Source of the DNA: Octopus vulgaris
Lineage: Eukaryota
DNA: 64,000 nt
NCBI GenBank assembly: GCA_951406725.2
Contig: OX597831.1
Location: forward strand, 81,778,001-81,842,000
Direction of reading: 5' to 3'
This document shows positions 14,742-28,827 of this stretch, in pieces. The position numbers and the translations under genes are program-made. The notes below the pieces were generated by a model that saw nothing but the letters and a program-made list of their open reading frames with translations, had not been told where the DNA came from and did not search any database. Within the stretch, counting starts at the first letter, position 1. Every line of letters starts with the position of its first letter.

Positions 14742-14910
14742 CAGAGAGGGACAGACAGAGACAGAGAGAGATAGAGAGACAGACAGAGAGAGAGAGAAAC
14801 AGACAGACACACACACACTGACAGAGATAAACAAAGGTGCAGACAGTCAGGTGGGCAGATGCACAGATAGATAGATAGATAAATAGATAGATAGATACAT
14901 ACATACATAC

Positions 14911-14955
<45 letters not shown>

Positions 14956-15088
14956 TAGATAGATAGATAGATAGATAGATACATACATACATACATACAT
15001 ACATACATACATACATACATACATACATACATACATAGACAGACAGACAGACAAACAGACAGGCAGACAGACAAGCAGACAGACAGAC

Positions 15089-15152
<64 letters not shown>

Positions 15153-15452
15153 TATATAAATGAACGAAATACCCGGTTGGTTAACTTACAACCGGAAGTA
15201 CATCCGTTTACCGCTACTAAAACCAATTATTGTTGGGATTTCGGGCGTTCAAAGAGAAGCTCATTAACCGATTAACTTTCGTTATGAAACTCCTCTAGGG
15301 ATCATTTTAATTAATTACCGATTGGAGGTGAGTCAATTAAACACTTGGTGGGGAGGCATCGTTCTCCTTTGTCTTTTGTTTCCTCTGGAAAGCTGTCTTT
15401 GCACGGAAATAGCGACATGTTTGATGGTATCTATAGGTGTTACGTTCTACAT

Positions 15453-15507
<55 letters not shown>

Positions 15508-15609
15508 TGTGTATATATATATATATATATATCGTCTTCTGTACACACTTCCTCCTCCTCCTCCTCCTCTTCCTTCGCCATAGGACATACAAACACATTA
15601 ATATACAAA

Positions 15610-15685
<76 letters not shown>

Positions 15686-15785
15686 TAGATGCATATATAT
15701 ATACATACACGTGTGCACACACACACACATACATATATATACACACACATGTACAGACGAGCATACTCGTATAAGAACATGTATA

Positions 15786-15884
<99 letters not shown>

Positions 15885-16003
15885 ATATAAATATAAATAT
15901 ATATATATGCCTGCTTGTATGAATTAATGTGTTTGTATGTCCAATGGCGAAGGAAGAGGAGGAAGAGGAAGTGTGTGAAAGAGAGACAGAAGAAGATATA
16001 TAT

Positions 16004-16042
<39 letters not shown>

Positions 16043-16045
16043 ACA

Positions 16046-16085
<40 letters not shown>

Positions 16086-16569
16086 TATATGCATGTATGT
16101 ATGTATATATGTACATGTACATACATGCATTCTGATAGATAGATAGATTTATAGATGGATGGATGGATGTGTATATAATATATGTGTTAATATCAGTGGT
16201 GTGTATCTGTTTGCGATGCTCGTGGTTGGGCTTTGAATTATGGGTTCAGAGAGGGAGAGAGGAAGAGAGTGAGAAATGGGAAAAGCGACAGAGAAAACTA
16301 TCATGCTGGTACTTTACTTATCGACCCCGAAATGGTGAAAAGCAAAGCAGATGTCGGTCGGATTCAAACTCAGAACATAGAAAGTCATAACCGATGACGC
16401 AAAGTATTTTGTCCGTTAGTCTCACCATCCTACCAGTCGATGCTGCATAAACCTGTGCTATTTGCACACACACACACACACACACATACACACGCACATC
16501 ATGCATTCATACACAAACGCACACACACGCACATTCATACATACATTATATATATATATGAATATATAA

Positions 16570-16628
<59 letters not shown>

Positions 16629-16632
<4 letters not shown>

Positions 16633-16924
16633 CGTGATCACCGTGACCGACCAGGCTATCAGATGTTGCTGTACATTGCTGGTCACAATGCGCTTCGCAT
16701 TGTTTTAGCCTTCAAATGACGCCACCCCGCTGGCTACGCGAGTGGGCCGACAGAAGAAAGAGTGAGAGAAAGTTGTGGCGAAAGAGTACAGCAAGGATTG
16801 CTACTGTCCCCTGTCGGAGACTGGTGGAGCTTTTTAGGTGTTTTCGCTCAATAAACACTCACAACACTCGGTCTGAGAATCGAAACCGCGAGCCCGCTGC
16901 CCTAGCCCCTGGGCCATTGCGCCT

Positions 16925-16927
<3 letters not shown>
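16629..16927 (-). mobile_element. SINE family C, full length
   Basis: Aligns end to end with the 59291-59571 copy. Confidence 0.92.
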
Positions 16928-16962
<35 letters not shown>

Positions 16963-17454
16963 ACACACATATATATTTGTTATAAGGATTCATAAGAATC
17001 AAAGCACATGAGTTCGTAGGCCGCCAGAAATGGTTAGGTACAATAACATAGAGCTCACACAAAAATAAAAAACCATTGAAGACGTGTGTGTGTGTGTGTA
17101 TGTGTACGTGTGTGTGTGTGTGTACGTGTGTGTGCGCGCGCGTACATACACACATATATATATAACATGTAACTTACCCACCGCTACACATATACAGTTT
17201 TCGATAATCGTAATTTTTTTTCTAAATTCATATTTTTAAAACTTTTCAAAAACCACCCGTTTAAAATAGATGGTTGGGTGGCCACCCATCAAAGAAGTCA
17301 TAGCTACCCAAGTCAAACAATAAACCTTATGTTATTTGCGTCCCTCAATAAAATGTGCGGATATGCTCAAATACGCCTGTCTAACTTTCCACAGAAACGA
17401 AGAATGATAACTGTTTCTATTTTAGATAATATGTCAGCGATTTCGAGAGACCCT

Positions 17455-17965
17455 TGGCCTTTATTTCTGGTTCTTTATTTCTACAAGCTCGAATGAATGA
17501 AAGGTAAAGTTGACCTGGCCGGGATTTGAACTCAGAATATAAAGAATCAAAACCATAACAGTTTCTATCTTGGGCAGAGGACTAGTAATTTTGAAGGCGA
17601 AGAGTTAGGAGTTACCATTCACTATAGTACATGTCTGGGACTTTATTTTATCGACTCCAAAAATATGATGGCAAACGTGACTTTGGCAAGATTTGAACTC
17701 AGAACGTGAGGAGCTAAAACGAATGCTACAATGCATTTTCTCCAACGCTCCAATAATTCGGTCTGCTTGACGTCACCATTGTTTTTAGACAAGGCCAGAA
17801 ATATGGTAAAAAGGCTTTAATCGATTAAACCGGCCCCATTACTAGACTTTTATTATATTTTAGAGACCCCGGAAGGATAAAAGACTAATTACCAGAGAAG
17901 GAGTTGAAATCAGAATGTCAAAAGCCAGAACGAAATTGCGGCCCTCAACCTATTCTGCCAGCCTC
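17455..17965 (-). mobile_element. Cluster of about three old family-A SINE copies
   Basis: Repeated ATTTGAACTCAGAA and TTTATCGAC motifs. Confidence 0.7.
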
Positions 17966-18577
17966 GCATAAATATGACTGCCATATACTTAATTCAAGTG
18001 AAATGCTGTATAATTAATGATAGAAGTAAACATACACTGACGTCGAGATAATAATTTATAGGGAAAATGGCGTCTGTTTGATTAGTTTCGTATTATTGAG
18101 TTAATCAATATAGAAGACATGTTGTTGTAGAAATGATTAGCGCAGTAATTATAAATTATAAATATAAATGACACATTTGTGTTATAATGTGAAGTTATTG
18201 GTAAGATTGGCCGTGTAATGTAAGGTGTAAATAGTGATTAAAGATCAAGATGAATAAAGAATAAATATAAGATGATGTGATGAATCGAGGAAATTATCAA
18301 TGTTTAGATAAGCTAGGCAGGTCTATATTGAGATAGATTAGATTCACACACACACACACAAATATGTGGATATATATATATTTATATTAATAACATATTT
18401 ATATGTGTGTGTTGATAAGTTGCTGATAAGTGTGTTTGTGTGTATAGTTGAGCATATATATATGCTCAATATAAATATAAATATTTGTATCCACGTGTGA
18501 ATATATTATTAATATAAATATATATATATAATATATATATACAAGTACACACATATATAAATGTATATATATGCATA

Positions 18578-18638
<61 letters not shown>

Positions 18639-18703
18639 GCATGTATGTATATATAGGCACACACACACGCACACGCACACGCACACGCACGCACACACAC
18701 ACG

Positions 18704-18747
<44 letters not shown>

Positions 18748-18959
18748 GAGATTTCATCCATTTCACAGAAACGACTGAGATCTCAGCCCGGCCTCTCTCT
18801 ATCATAATAATGTAATGTGTAGTTAGAAAATCGCGTGTTGCCGAAGTGTTGCTGGTGGCAAAAGAGCGGTTGGGCGAAAAAGCTGTTTTTGGTGCAATGG
18901 CGAAAGTAGTGCGTTCGGGCTTGCGCTACTTTTCCAGCTTATCAGATTAATAACAGCAA

Positions 18960-19880
18960 AAAGACAAAAAACGGGTAATGATATCTCCCAAAAGTCCGTG
19001 CCAGTGTAGAGGAGATACAGGCTCACAAAAAAGGTGGGACTCGGCGAATAAGGAACCTGGACAAGAAGAGTTGATATACACCGGCGGAATATCACTAGGA
19101 CGGATATCTGGCCGGCTGATTCCAGGCTGTTTACAACACTTTACCAAGTTTTACAAACCTTTACACATCGGGCTAGAGTAAAGCACCCTTTTGTGCCCTG
19201 TGTACTGAAAGAGGATCCCTTCAGCAACTTATCAACAGCTTACCCAGCGTCTTATCTGATGGGCGCTACCACAGGCAACAGGACCAGATACTCAGATGGT
19301 TGCAGCGGTTATAGCAACAGCCATTCAATCCAGTGAAGATCACCTCAGAAAGGAAGCCATTACTGTCTCAAGGCCAGAGAGAAACCGTGTCCAGTAAAAC
19401 ATCAATGATTCTACTTCGCATCCGGAAAATTTGCCGTTAACATTTTTGCTGTGAGAAAATCTGCCGCAGAAAATTTAACGGTAAAGGAGGCACACAAGAG
19501 TAGGCTATAAACTAGATGACTAATTTTTAAAAAATAACCTTTCTTTAATTGGTTGATTAGTTAATGAAGTTGCCATTTTAAGAAAACAGCTAATCTTTTT
19601 TTCCCTTTGAAATTTTTATCTTTTTAACGGCGAATTTTCTGACAGCAAAAGTGTTCGCGGCGAAATTTCCAATAACTCTTCCACAGACCCAGGCTGGCAG
19701 CTCAGAGTGGATCTCATCAGACAGTTCTTCCCAAAACATTTGACCCAAAACAGAATTACCTTCTGAGATTCCACCAAACAGGTGATCATGTGCAAATGGC
19801 GGCTATGGCCTTCCAGAAGATCAGGTCTTATTTACAAGCTTGAGGCATAGCGAAGACCATAAGCAACAACTCTAGGATTC
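18960..19880 (+). pseudogene. Hero-clade (R2-group) non-LTR retrotransposon remnant, interrupted by a MITE
   Basis: APFCALCTERGSLQQLINSLPSVLSDGRYHRQQDQILRW (zinc knuckle plus RHD-like motif); after the MITE, WQLRVDLIRQFFPKH and STKQVIM. Confidence 0.7.
19424..19670. mobile_element. MITE with imperfect TIRs
   Basis: Left GGAAAATTTGCCGTTAACATTTTTGCTGTGAGAAAATCTGCCG; right reverse complement GGAAATTTCGCCGCGAACACTTTTGCTGTCAGAAAATTCGCCG. Confidence 0.75.
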
Positions 19881-19934
19881 GTCTCTGCTTTTTGGATGAC
19901 CAGACGGAACCATATAACATGATATGTAACGACT

Positions 19935-20404
19935 TTTTTACTTGTTTCACGGGACTGCAGCCATGCTGGAGCATCGCCTTGAGAAGTTTAGTCGAACAAA
20001 TCGGCCCCAGGGTTGATTTTTAAGTCTGGTACTTAATTGATCGGTTTCTTTTACCAAAGTGCTAAGTTACAGGGATGTAAACAAATCTAAACAGGCTGTC
20101 AAGCGATGATGGGGAACGCAGACAAACACACACACACAAACACACACACACACAAACACATACACATACATACATACATACATACATACATACATACATA
20201 CATACATACATACATACATACATACATACATACATACACACGACGGGTTTCCTCCAATTTCGACCTACCAAATTCACTCGCAAAATTGTAATCGGCCCGT
20301 GGTTATTGTCGAACTCACTTGCCTAATGTGACGTGCAGGGAGACCGAACCCGAAACCACACAGTTACAAAGCGAGCTTCTTACGCGCACAGCCATGCTTG
20401 CGCC
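19935..20404 (-). mobile_element. SINE family B (tRNA head, internal microsatellite)
   Basis: Homologous to the 29376 and 32273 copies. Confidence 0.85.
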
Positions 20405-20973
20405 TATATAAGGAAGATTCTCGAAAAGTCTTGTATTTAATTTTATTGTACGAGAAAGAGAAAGGGAGAGAGGAGAGTGAGAGAGAGAGAGAAAGAAAGG
20501 GAGAGGGAGAGAGATGGGGGACAAAAGATCTCCAGATTCCGTTCCTCAAATTCTCATTTCAGGGGCCAAAAGAGCAATTGTTAAGCATTTAGTTGTTCTC
20601 ACTCGCACATATGTCCACGAAAAGAATTACAAAAGATTTTTTCTTCTGTATTATTTCAAAGGCATCCATCATGTATTCCTTCCATTCCAGGTCAATCTTT
20701 TACCACAAAATAGCAGTTTCCACCAATTCGTTGCTTCAACATCCAGGGACGCGACAAATACCATGGACAGCACAAGCATTTGACACCTCAGTATTAAAGT
20801 ATCTTTGAATTAGGAAGACACGAGCATCCATCCTCGAAGATGAAGAATGAATGCCATTAGACTTTGACGGTGTTGCACCAGCATGGGCTTGACTACGATG
20901 GCTAAATCAAAGTGAAGGACTACATAAGCATGATATAAATGTGCAATGCATATATGTGTATGTATATTTAATG

Positions 20974-21316
<343 letters not shown>

Positions 21317-21565
21317 TTCGCACACACACACACATAACATTTTTATAACACAGAATCTAGGAAATTAATATAGACAAATAGAAATAGAAATTAAATGCTG
21401 GAGAATAAAAAGTTGTAAACGAATGAATTATATATGTGTGTATGTGTATATATATATACACACGTATGTATGTTTATTACATATTTGTTTACATACACAA
21501 TTACATAGATATATACACATATATTTGTAAATATTTATACGCACACACACTCACACACACAAATA

Positions 21566-21651
<86 letters not shown>

Positions 21652-22098
21652 CATATGTGTGTGTATGTATGTATGTATGTATGTATGCATCCCTCGTTTC
21701 ATAAATATACACATATATACTGATAAAACAAATTGTCTAAATTAGTAGAAAGGTTTAAAGAGGTTGAAGAAATGCGAAAAGTTGGAGATTGTTGGAAGAA
21801 TATCTCCAAGAACGGTGCAATCGAATCATTAATTTTGATAAAAACTCTCAAGACACCGTTTCTCTGGTTTTGGTTTAGTTTTAGAATTTTTTTTTTCTTT
21901 TTCACTTCAGAGAATAATTCTTGTATTTTGATTCATGACTTATGTCTTGACAGATGGAACTGGGTTGGCACCACGCATCCCCCACCACACACACACACAC
22001 ACACACACACACGGCTATGTATGTGTATTTGTGTGTATCCGTACGTATATATATTTATATTTTATATTATATGTGTGCGCTTATGATCTTTATACAAA

Positions 22099-22133
<35 letters not shown>

Positions 22134-22169
22134 TATATACATATATATTTATATACATATATAGATGTG

Positions 22170-22266
<97 letters not shown>

Positions 22267-22457
22267 GCATGTATATGTATATATGTGTGCGCGCGCATGT
22301 ATGTATTCCTATATGCACATAAATATATACATCTCTACATATACGTATATATAATTTATATATATATATATATATATGCATATATATATATATATATATT
22401 ATATACATATATAGATGTGTGTATATATACATATATATATATATGTGTGCGTGTGTG

Positions 22458-22530
<73 letters not shown>

Positions 22531-22649
22531 ATATGTGCACTTATACATACATGCATGCATCTGCATACACACACACATACTTATATGTATATATGTATAT
22601 ACATATATATATGTATATATGTATATATATATATATATACATATATATG

Positions 22650-22740
<91 letters not shown>

Positions 22741-22818
22741 TCTATCAGGATATTTAAACCTCTTATAGAGTATAGTTTTATCCAAGATACCCTGGTGTAA
22801 TATATTATATTTTGAAAT

Positions 22819-22861
<43 letters not shown>

Positions 22862-23273
22862 GTACAATATGTTTGTGCGTTTTGCTACGTGTTTAAGTAT
22901 GTGAGCGAGTGAGAGAAAGAGAGGGAGATGTTTTTTTTTAATATATTTATATACAAATGTGTGGGTGGAAGTCAGGTGTGTATGTCTGTGTTGAATAGTA
23001 AGGGTGAATGAGAGAGAAATGAAGAGTATGCATGTGTGGGTGCACCGATTCGTGTGGGTGGGATTTCTGCGTTTAGATGTATGTGCAGATTCTCGCACAC
23101 TTCATAAAGGTGATTGATTGTGTGAGTATAAATTTGGGGATCTGCCTATGCCTGGAAGATGTGTGTGTGTACGTAGACGTGTGCACCGGTGTGTCTCCTA
23201 GATGTGCCTATGAATGCTTGTGCGCAGATACCTGGGTGGCCGTATGTAAGCGCGTACACGCAAAGACGCGCGC

Positions 23274-23330
<57 letters not shown>

Positions 23331-23433
23331 CCGTTCAGTTGGGAATTTCTGTGCTCCTGTGTGCGAGTCGAAATTATTGGTGCTGATTGTGCATATGTGT
23401 GAAAGGACGGAATGACAGGATGAAAGTGTGAGA

Positions 23434-23467
<34 letters not shown>

Positions 23468-23620
23468 CAGAGACAGACAGACAGAAAATAAACGCATAAG
23501 TGTAGAGTTTGAACATACACAAATATTTACGTACATATATATATTACACGAACATATATCCATATATATACACACATACATACATATATATATATATATA
23601 TACACATACATGCATATATA

Positions 23621-23815
23621 TATATATATACACATATAAAATACAGTGTACATTTAAACACATTAAGAGGTATCCATCATAGGACTCCCTTACGCTAGAA
23701 GGAACAGCTAAAGTCCAAACCACTTTAGCTGTTCCTTCTAGCGTAAGGGAGTCCTATGATGGATATCTCTTAATGTGTTTAAATGTACACTGTATTTTAT
23801 ATGTGTATATATATA
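23621..23815. repeat. Near-perfect palindrome (94-bp arms, 7-nt loop)
   Basis: Arms 23621-23714 and 23722-23815 with one mismatch; loop CCAAACC. Confidence 0.95.
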
Positions 23816-23910
23816 GTCTATTGACTAATTTTTCTATACGCTAGGCCACTGGTAGCAAAAATTTCTAAAATCATTATTACCCTGATATTATTAATTATAT
23901 GTACACACAC

Positions 23911-24029
<119 letters not shown>

Positions 24030-24139
24030 AGTATAAGCCCGAATAACTGAGGCAGAGCCGACTGGGCTACAGGGTGCTAAAGAGCGGTACATATTTGGTA
24101 TGAAGAAAAGGAAAGGATATGGCATCATCACCTACCAAT

Positions 24140-24620
24140 TGCCCTAAAACACTGGGAAATTAAATTTTATTTGGTATAATCCACCATACAAAATATGTAG
24201 AAAAAAGTAGTATTACGAACCATTTCTTATCCCTGGTTTTAAGAACAGCTGTCCACAAACTGTTGAATATAAACGCATTCGGGTGAGCTACAGCTGTATT
24301 AGAGAATCCTTTCTAATGCTACAGAGAACCAAACTGCAAAACTACATGACGCAAACGTAGACCAAAAGGGGACGAAAGTCATGCAGCATCTGCCTCACCG
24401 ATACTCTTCACATTATCAGCCATGCAACAGTAATTTAAATTGAATTCATTGTGCTTTGCTGGCACATGCACACATTCTACTTTGGTAATTTCTAAGAAGA
24501 ACCATTACAATGCATGATGGACGACAAGCGACCTTTCTGCTTACCACCGCTTTCAATCATTACTTTCAAACTTGCTATGACAAACATTCGACCGAACGAC
24601 GGATAACGCAGTTTTAGGTA
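24140..24620 (+). pseudogene. Degenerate Penelope-like fragment
   Basis: FIWYNPPY and IRVSYSCI match the Penelope motifs IIWFNPPY and IKVSYSCM. Confidence 0.6.
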
Positions 24621-24968
24621 TTTGCTCATAAACCCCTATTTATCTTTGATAGATAAACACCTACAGAATCTACACACATTCATATATACACGCACACATA
24701 CATATATACACACATATATAGATATAAATAAGTTTGTATGCATACACACACACATATACACACATACACACACATATGTGCGTGTGTGATTGTATTATAA
24801 AGGGCCATTCTGCCAATGAAAACACATGCACTGGTTATGGTTCATTATTTTACTATTCATTAATTAATCAATTCATTAATTCGTCAAAGTCTTTCATTAC
24901 GCGATTGTGGCTCTTCCAATAATTTCCCCGCAACTGTGTTTACTTCCTTTTTGTACCTAGTAATTATG

Positions 24969-25083
<115 letters not shown>

Positions 25084-25212
25084 AAATGCATTAGGGAGGA
25101 TAGTCTTGTGTGTATTTAGGGTTGCGAGCATCCACGTGTGTGCGTCTGCAAATTTTGCTTGTTTGTGTTGTTATTGTTATAGTTTATTTGTATCTCGTTA
25201 TACGCTCACGAA

Positions 25213-25264
<52 letters not shown>

Positions 25265-25296
25265 GGTTACATACATGTACACACGCACAAATATAC

Positions 25297-25344
<48 letters not shown>

Positions 25345-25489
25345 ATATATATGTATATATATATATATGTATGTATGTATGTATTTATTTCGGGTTATTT
25401 TAATTACTGTGTCAGCAAAATAGATAACAGAGCTCAGATTGTTTTGTTTTTATTGTGTGTGTGTTTGGGGTGGGGGTCGCAGCAGCGTG

Positions 25490-25590
25490 AAGGGTGCGTG
25501 TGTGTTATATGGACGGGCGTATAAATGGGCGAGACTGACCGTCGTGCGAGCACGCGCTGACGATCGCCGACAGATAATAATGGCTGACCA
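25490..25590 (+). promoter_or_regulatory. Candidate core promoter (TATAAA in a small CpG-rich patch)
   Basis: GGGCG-TATAAAT-GGGCG at 25515-25531 in non-repetitive CpG-dense sequence. Confidence 0.3.
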
Positions 25591-25681
25591 CAAAAACCAA
25601 ATAAATAAATAATAAATAAATAAAAAAACTCATGATAAAAAACACAAAAACAAACGTGTGTGTTATCTTCCCCGGTGAAGA

Positions 25682-25724
<43 letters not shown>

Positions 25725-25794
25725 GTATATGTGTGTATACATATAATGTATTTATTCGTGTGTATGTATATATATACATATATAAATATATATA

Positions 25795-25827
<33 letters not shown>

Positions 25828-25989
25828 ATATATGTGTATGCGCAGTGTGTTGAAAAAGATCTAAGATAAATTTAATGTTGTTGCACTATGTTTTATGCTC
25901 TATACATTGTGTAAAGTAAATATATGTAAATATTTCGTATAATTCTCGCACACACGTGTATGTATATAGATGTGTGTGTGTGTGCGCGC

Positions 25990-26038
<49 letters not shown>

Positions 26039-26142
26039 TGTGTGTATACATTTATATATGTAGATATGAGTGTACGACGGAAAAGAAACAAATAGGCTCA
26101 CTGCCATACACACACGCGTAAGATATAGAAAGAAATAAACAG

Positions 26143-26218
<76 letters not shown>

Positions 26219-26766
26219 ACACACTTAATCCACGGCACACAAAAGAAAATAAACTACAGTGGTGAGGAAATCATTGAAAATGCCACAGACTGACCATAAA
26301 TAGATTAATTAATTAATTAAGCCACTGAGGATTAAGTGCCTTTTTTCTCGGTAGAATTAGTAGAAACAGCTTATAACTACCCTTCAATTGGTAGATATAA
26401 TCTTGGTAAAGGAACGACACATTATATAAGTTGGTCTTTGATAGCCTGAAACATGGCGACGGTCCACGACTGAAACACTCATGGCTTATTACGGAGTGAC
26501 AACGATATGAAGTGATGTGTGTAAATACAAACTTGTTACCAGTTCAAATGTGCTGGAGGAATTTTCGAACCCGGAAGAAAGCCATGGAAAACAATTTCTC
26601 GCTGTTGACTAATCGGTATAAATCGGAATCAGTTCAAAGCACACCCGAACCAGACTGTCGGGTGTATGTATTTCGGAATGGTTATCTCTCCTTCAGCAAT
26701 CTATGTGTGCTTGCTTATGCGCATAAGTAGATGTCTATATATGTACAGATGGCCAATATATATGTG

Positions 26767-26832
<66 letters not shown>

Positions 26833-26837
26833 TGTAG

Positions 26838-26872
<35 letters not shown>

Positions 26873-26915
26873 GCAATAATAATTCTCTAAATGAGATATA
26901 GACAGTAACTGCTCC

Positions 26916-27506
26916 ATAACATAAGGGACTAAAGCCATCTGAATATGGCTAGGGACAGGCAGGGTGGTGGGGGTGTTATGTTGCATTTAGCCCCAGGCGA
27001 ACATCAACGTCGCCAGATAGGCTTGACACCATCACGGTGTCCTTTATCCTGCAAAGGGAGATCATTCCCCGATGAAGCGGAAACCACACACGGACCTAGG
27101 TTTCAAGGTGTATTGCCTATCATCAACGTGTGGTAGGCCCCCGCTTCCTCGACGAACAACCCACTCTGCAGGATATTTATATATAGATTTTCAAGCAAAA
27201 TACATTTGCTGATTTCGAAAATCTGTTCGACAGCAATAATAATTCTCTAATCCTGCAGAGTGGGTTGTTCGTCGAGGAAGCGGGGGCCTACCACACGTTG
27301 ATGATAGGCAATACACCTTGAAACCTAGGTCCGTGTGTGGTTTCCGCTTCATCGGGGAATTATCTCCCTTTGCAGGATAAAGGACACCGTGATGGTGTCA
27401 AGCCTATCTGGCGACGTTGATGTTCGCCTGGGGCTAAATGCAACAGTAACACCCCCACCACCCTGCCCTGTCCCTAGCCATATTCAGATGGCTTTAGTCC
27501 CTTATG

Positions 27507-27510
<4 letters not shown>
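26916..27510. repeat. Long inverted repeat (~260-bp arms, 75-bp spacer); probable Penelope-type inverted terminus
   Basis: Arms 26916-27174 and 27250-27510, only about two differences seen; flanked by (TA)n. Confidence 0.92.
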
Positions 27511-27544
<34 letters not shown>

Positions 27545-27556
27545 AAAAAATGTATA

Positions 27557-28095
27557 TAAAAATACAAAATGAGACAAGAACGCAAAACATTCAAATAGAC
27601 GACACAAAAAAACGGACGGGTCATTCGAAGCCTCTAATCTTCAGTCAAGAACCGGATCATCCTCGCAATTTCGGCTGATTAATCTTGAGATCGCTCCGAT
27701 CCGGCCAGCCCCAAGGAAAAACTAAGCTACGAGCATTAGATTTCTTGGAAAAAGGATCGAATGTATACGAAACAAGGACAGAAAAACGGACGATGCCACA
27801 CGAATATAAATACGAAAAAACAATAATAATAATAACAGGACAAAAACAACTGGTGTCTTTCTACTTTAAACAGTTCAACTTAGGTTAGCTGGCGTATTTG
27901 GAAAATAATGCCTTTACGGCAGACGAAGAAATCGATGTTGTCGTAGCGGTGCTCAGAAGCCGAAAGGCTAGTTGACCGGCGGTCACGTGAGAAGAGAAGA
28001 GAGAGAAAAAAGGGGCAAAGAAATCAAAGAGAGAGAGAAAAAGAGGGACAGAGGCACCAAAGAAGGGGAGAAGAGAGAGAAAGAAGGAATTAAGG
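27557..28095 (-). mobile_element. Non-coding Penelope-type repeat, same family as 56255-56790
   Basis: Shares CGGGTCATTCG, TC.TCAGTCAAG, TTTCGG, TGGCGT, GGTCACGTG and a purine-rich tract in the same order. Confidence 0.55.
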
Positions 28096-28100
28096 AGAGA

Positions 28101-28498
28101 AGGTGAGCTGGCAGAAACGTTAGCATGCCGGGCGAAATGCGTAGCAGTATTTCGTCTGTCGTTACGTTCTGAGTTCAAATTCCGCCGAGGTCGACTTTGC
28201 CTTTCATCCTTTCGGGGTCGATAAATTAAGTACCAGTTACGCACTGGGGTCGATGTAATCGACTTAATCCGTTTGTCTGTCCTTGTTTGTCCTCTCTGTG
28301 TTTAGCCCCTTGTGGGTAGTAAAGGAATAGGTATTTCGTCTGCCGCTTCGTTCCGAGTTCAAATTCCGCAGAGGTCGACTTTGCTATTCATCCTTTCGGG
28401 GTCGATAAATTAAGTACCAGTTACGCACTGGGGTCGATATAATCGACTGGCCCCCCTCCTAAAAATTTCGGGCTTTGTGCCTAGAGTAGAAAAGAATA
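28101..28498 (+). mobile_element. SINE family A, dimeric/extended copy
   Basis: A-box TGGCAGAAACGTTAG, B-box GTTCAAATTCC; body GTCGACTTTGC..TTCATCCTTTCGGGGTCGATAAATTAAGTACC present twice. Confidence 0.92.
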
Positions 28499-28694
28499 CA
28501 TATATATATATATAGTGAGAGAGAGAGAGAGGGAGAGAGAGAGGGAGAGAGAGGTGGAGAGAGAGGGAGAGAGAGAGGGAGAGAAATGGGGAGAGAGAGA
28601 GAGAGGAAAGAGTTTGATAGACTGACCGGCGTGTGAGTACTTGCGCTTAGGATAGCTGACAAATAATAGCTAACCACAACAACAGCAACAACAA

Positions 28695-28827
28695 ATGACA
28701 ATAAACTGGAAACCTGGTCCAAATTTCGTCAACAAAGTGAACGCTGCTAAAGCACCCAAGAGCGGATTAAGTACCCCATCCCCACCCAAGAATTCGCTGG
28801 GCAAAGGATTGGGGCAAATACCACAAG
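28695..28827 (+). other. Candidate first coding exon (MTINWKPGPNFVNKVNAAKAPKSGLSTPSPPKNSLGKGLGQIPQ)
   Basis: ATG in CAAAATG-like context, 44 open codons of protein-like composition, donor AAG|GTATCT; no downstream exon identified. Confidence 0.3.
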
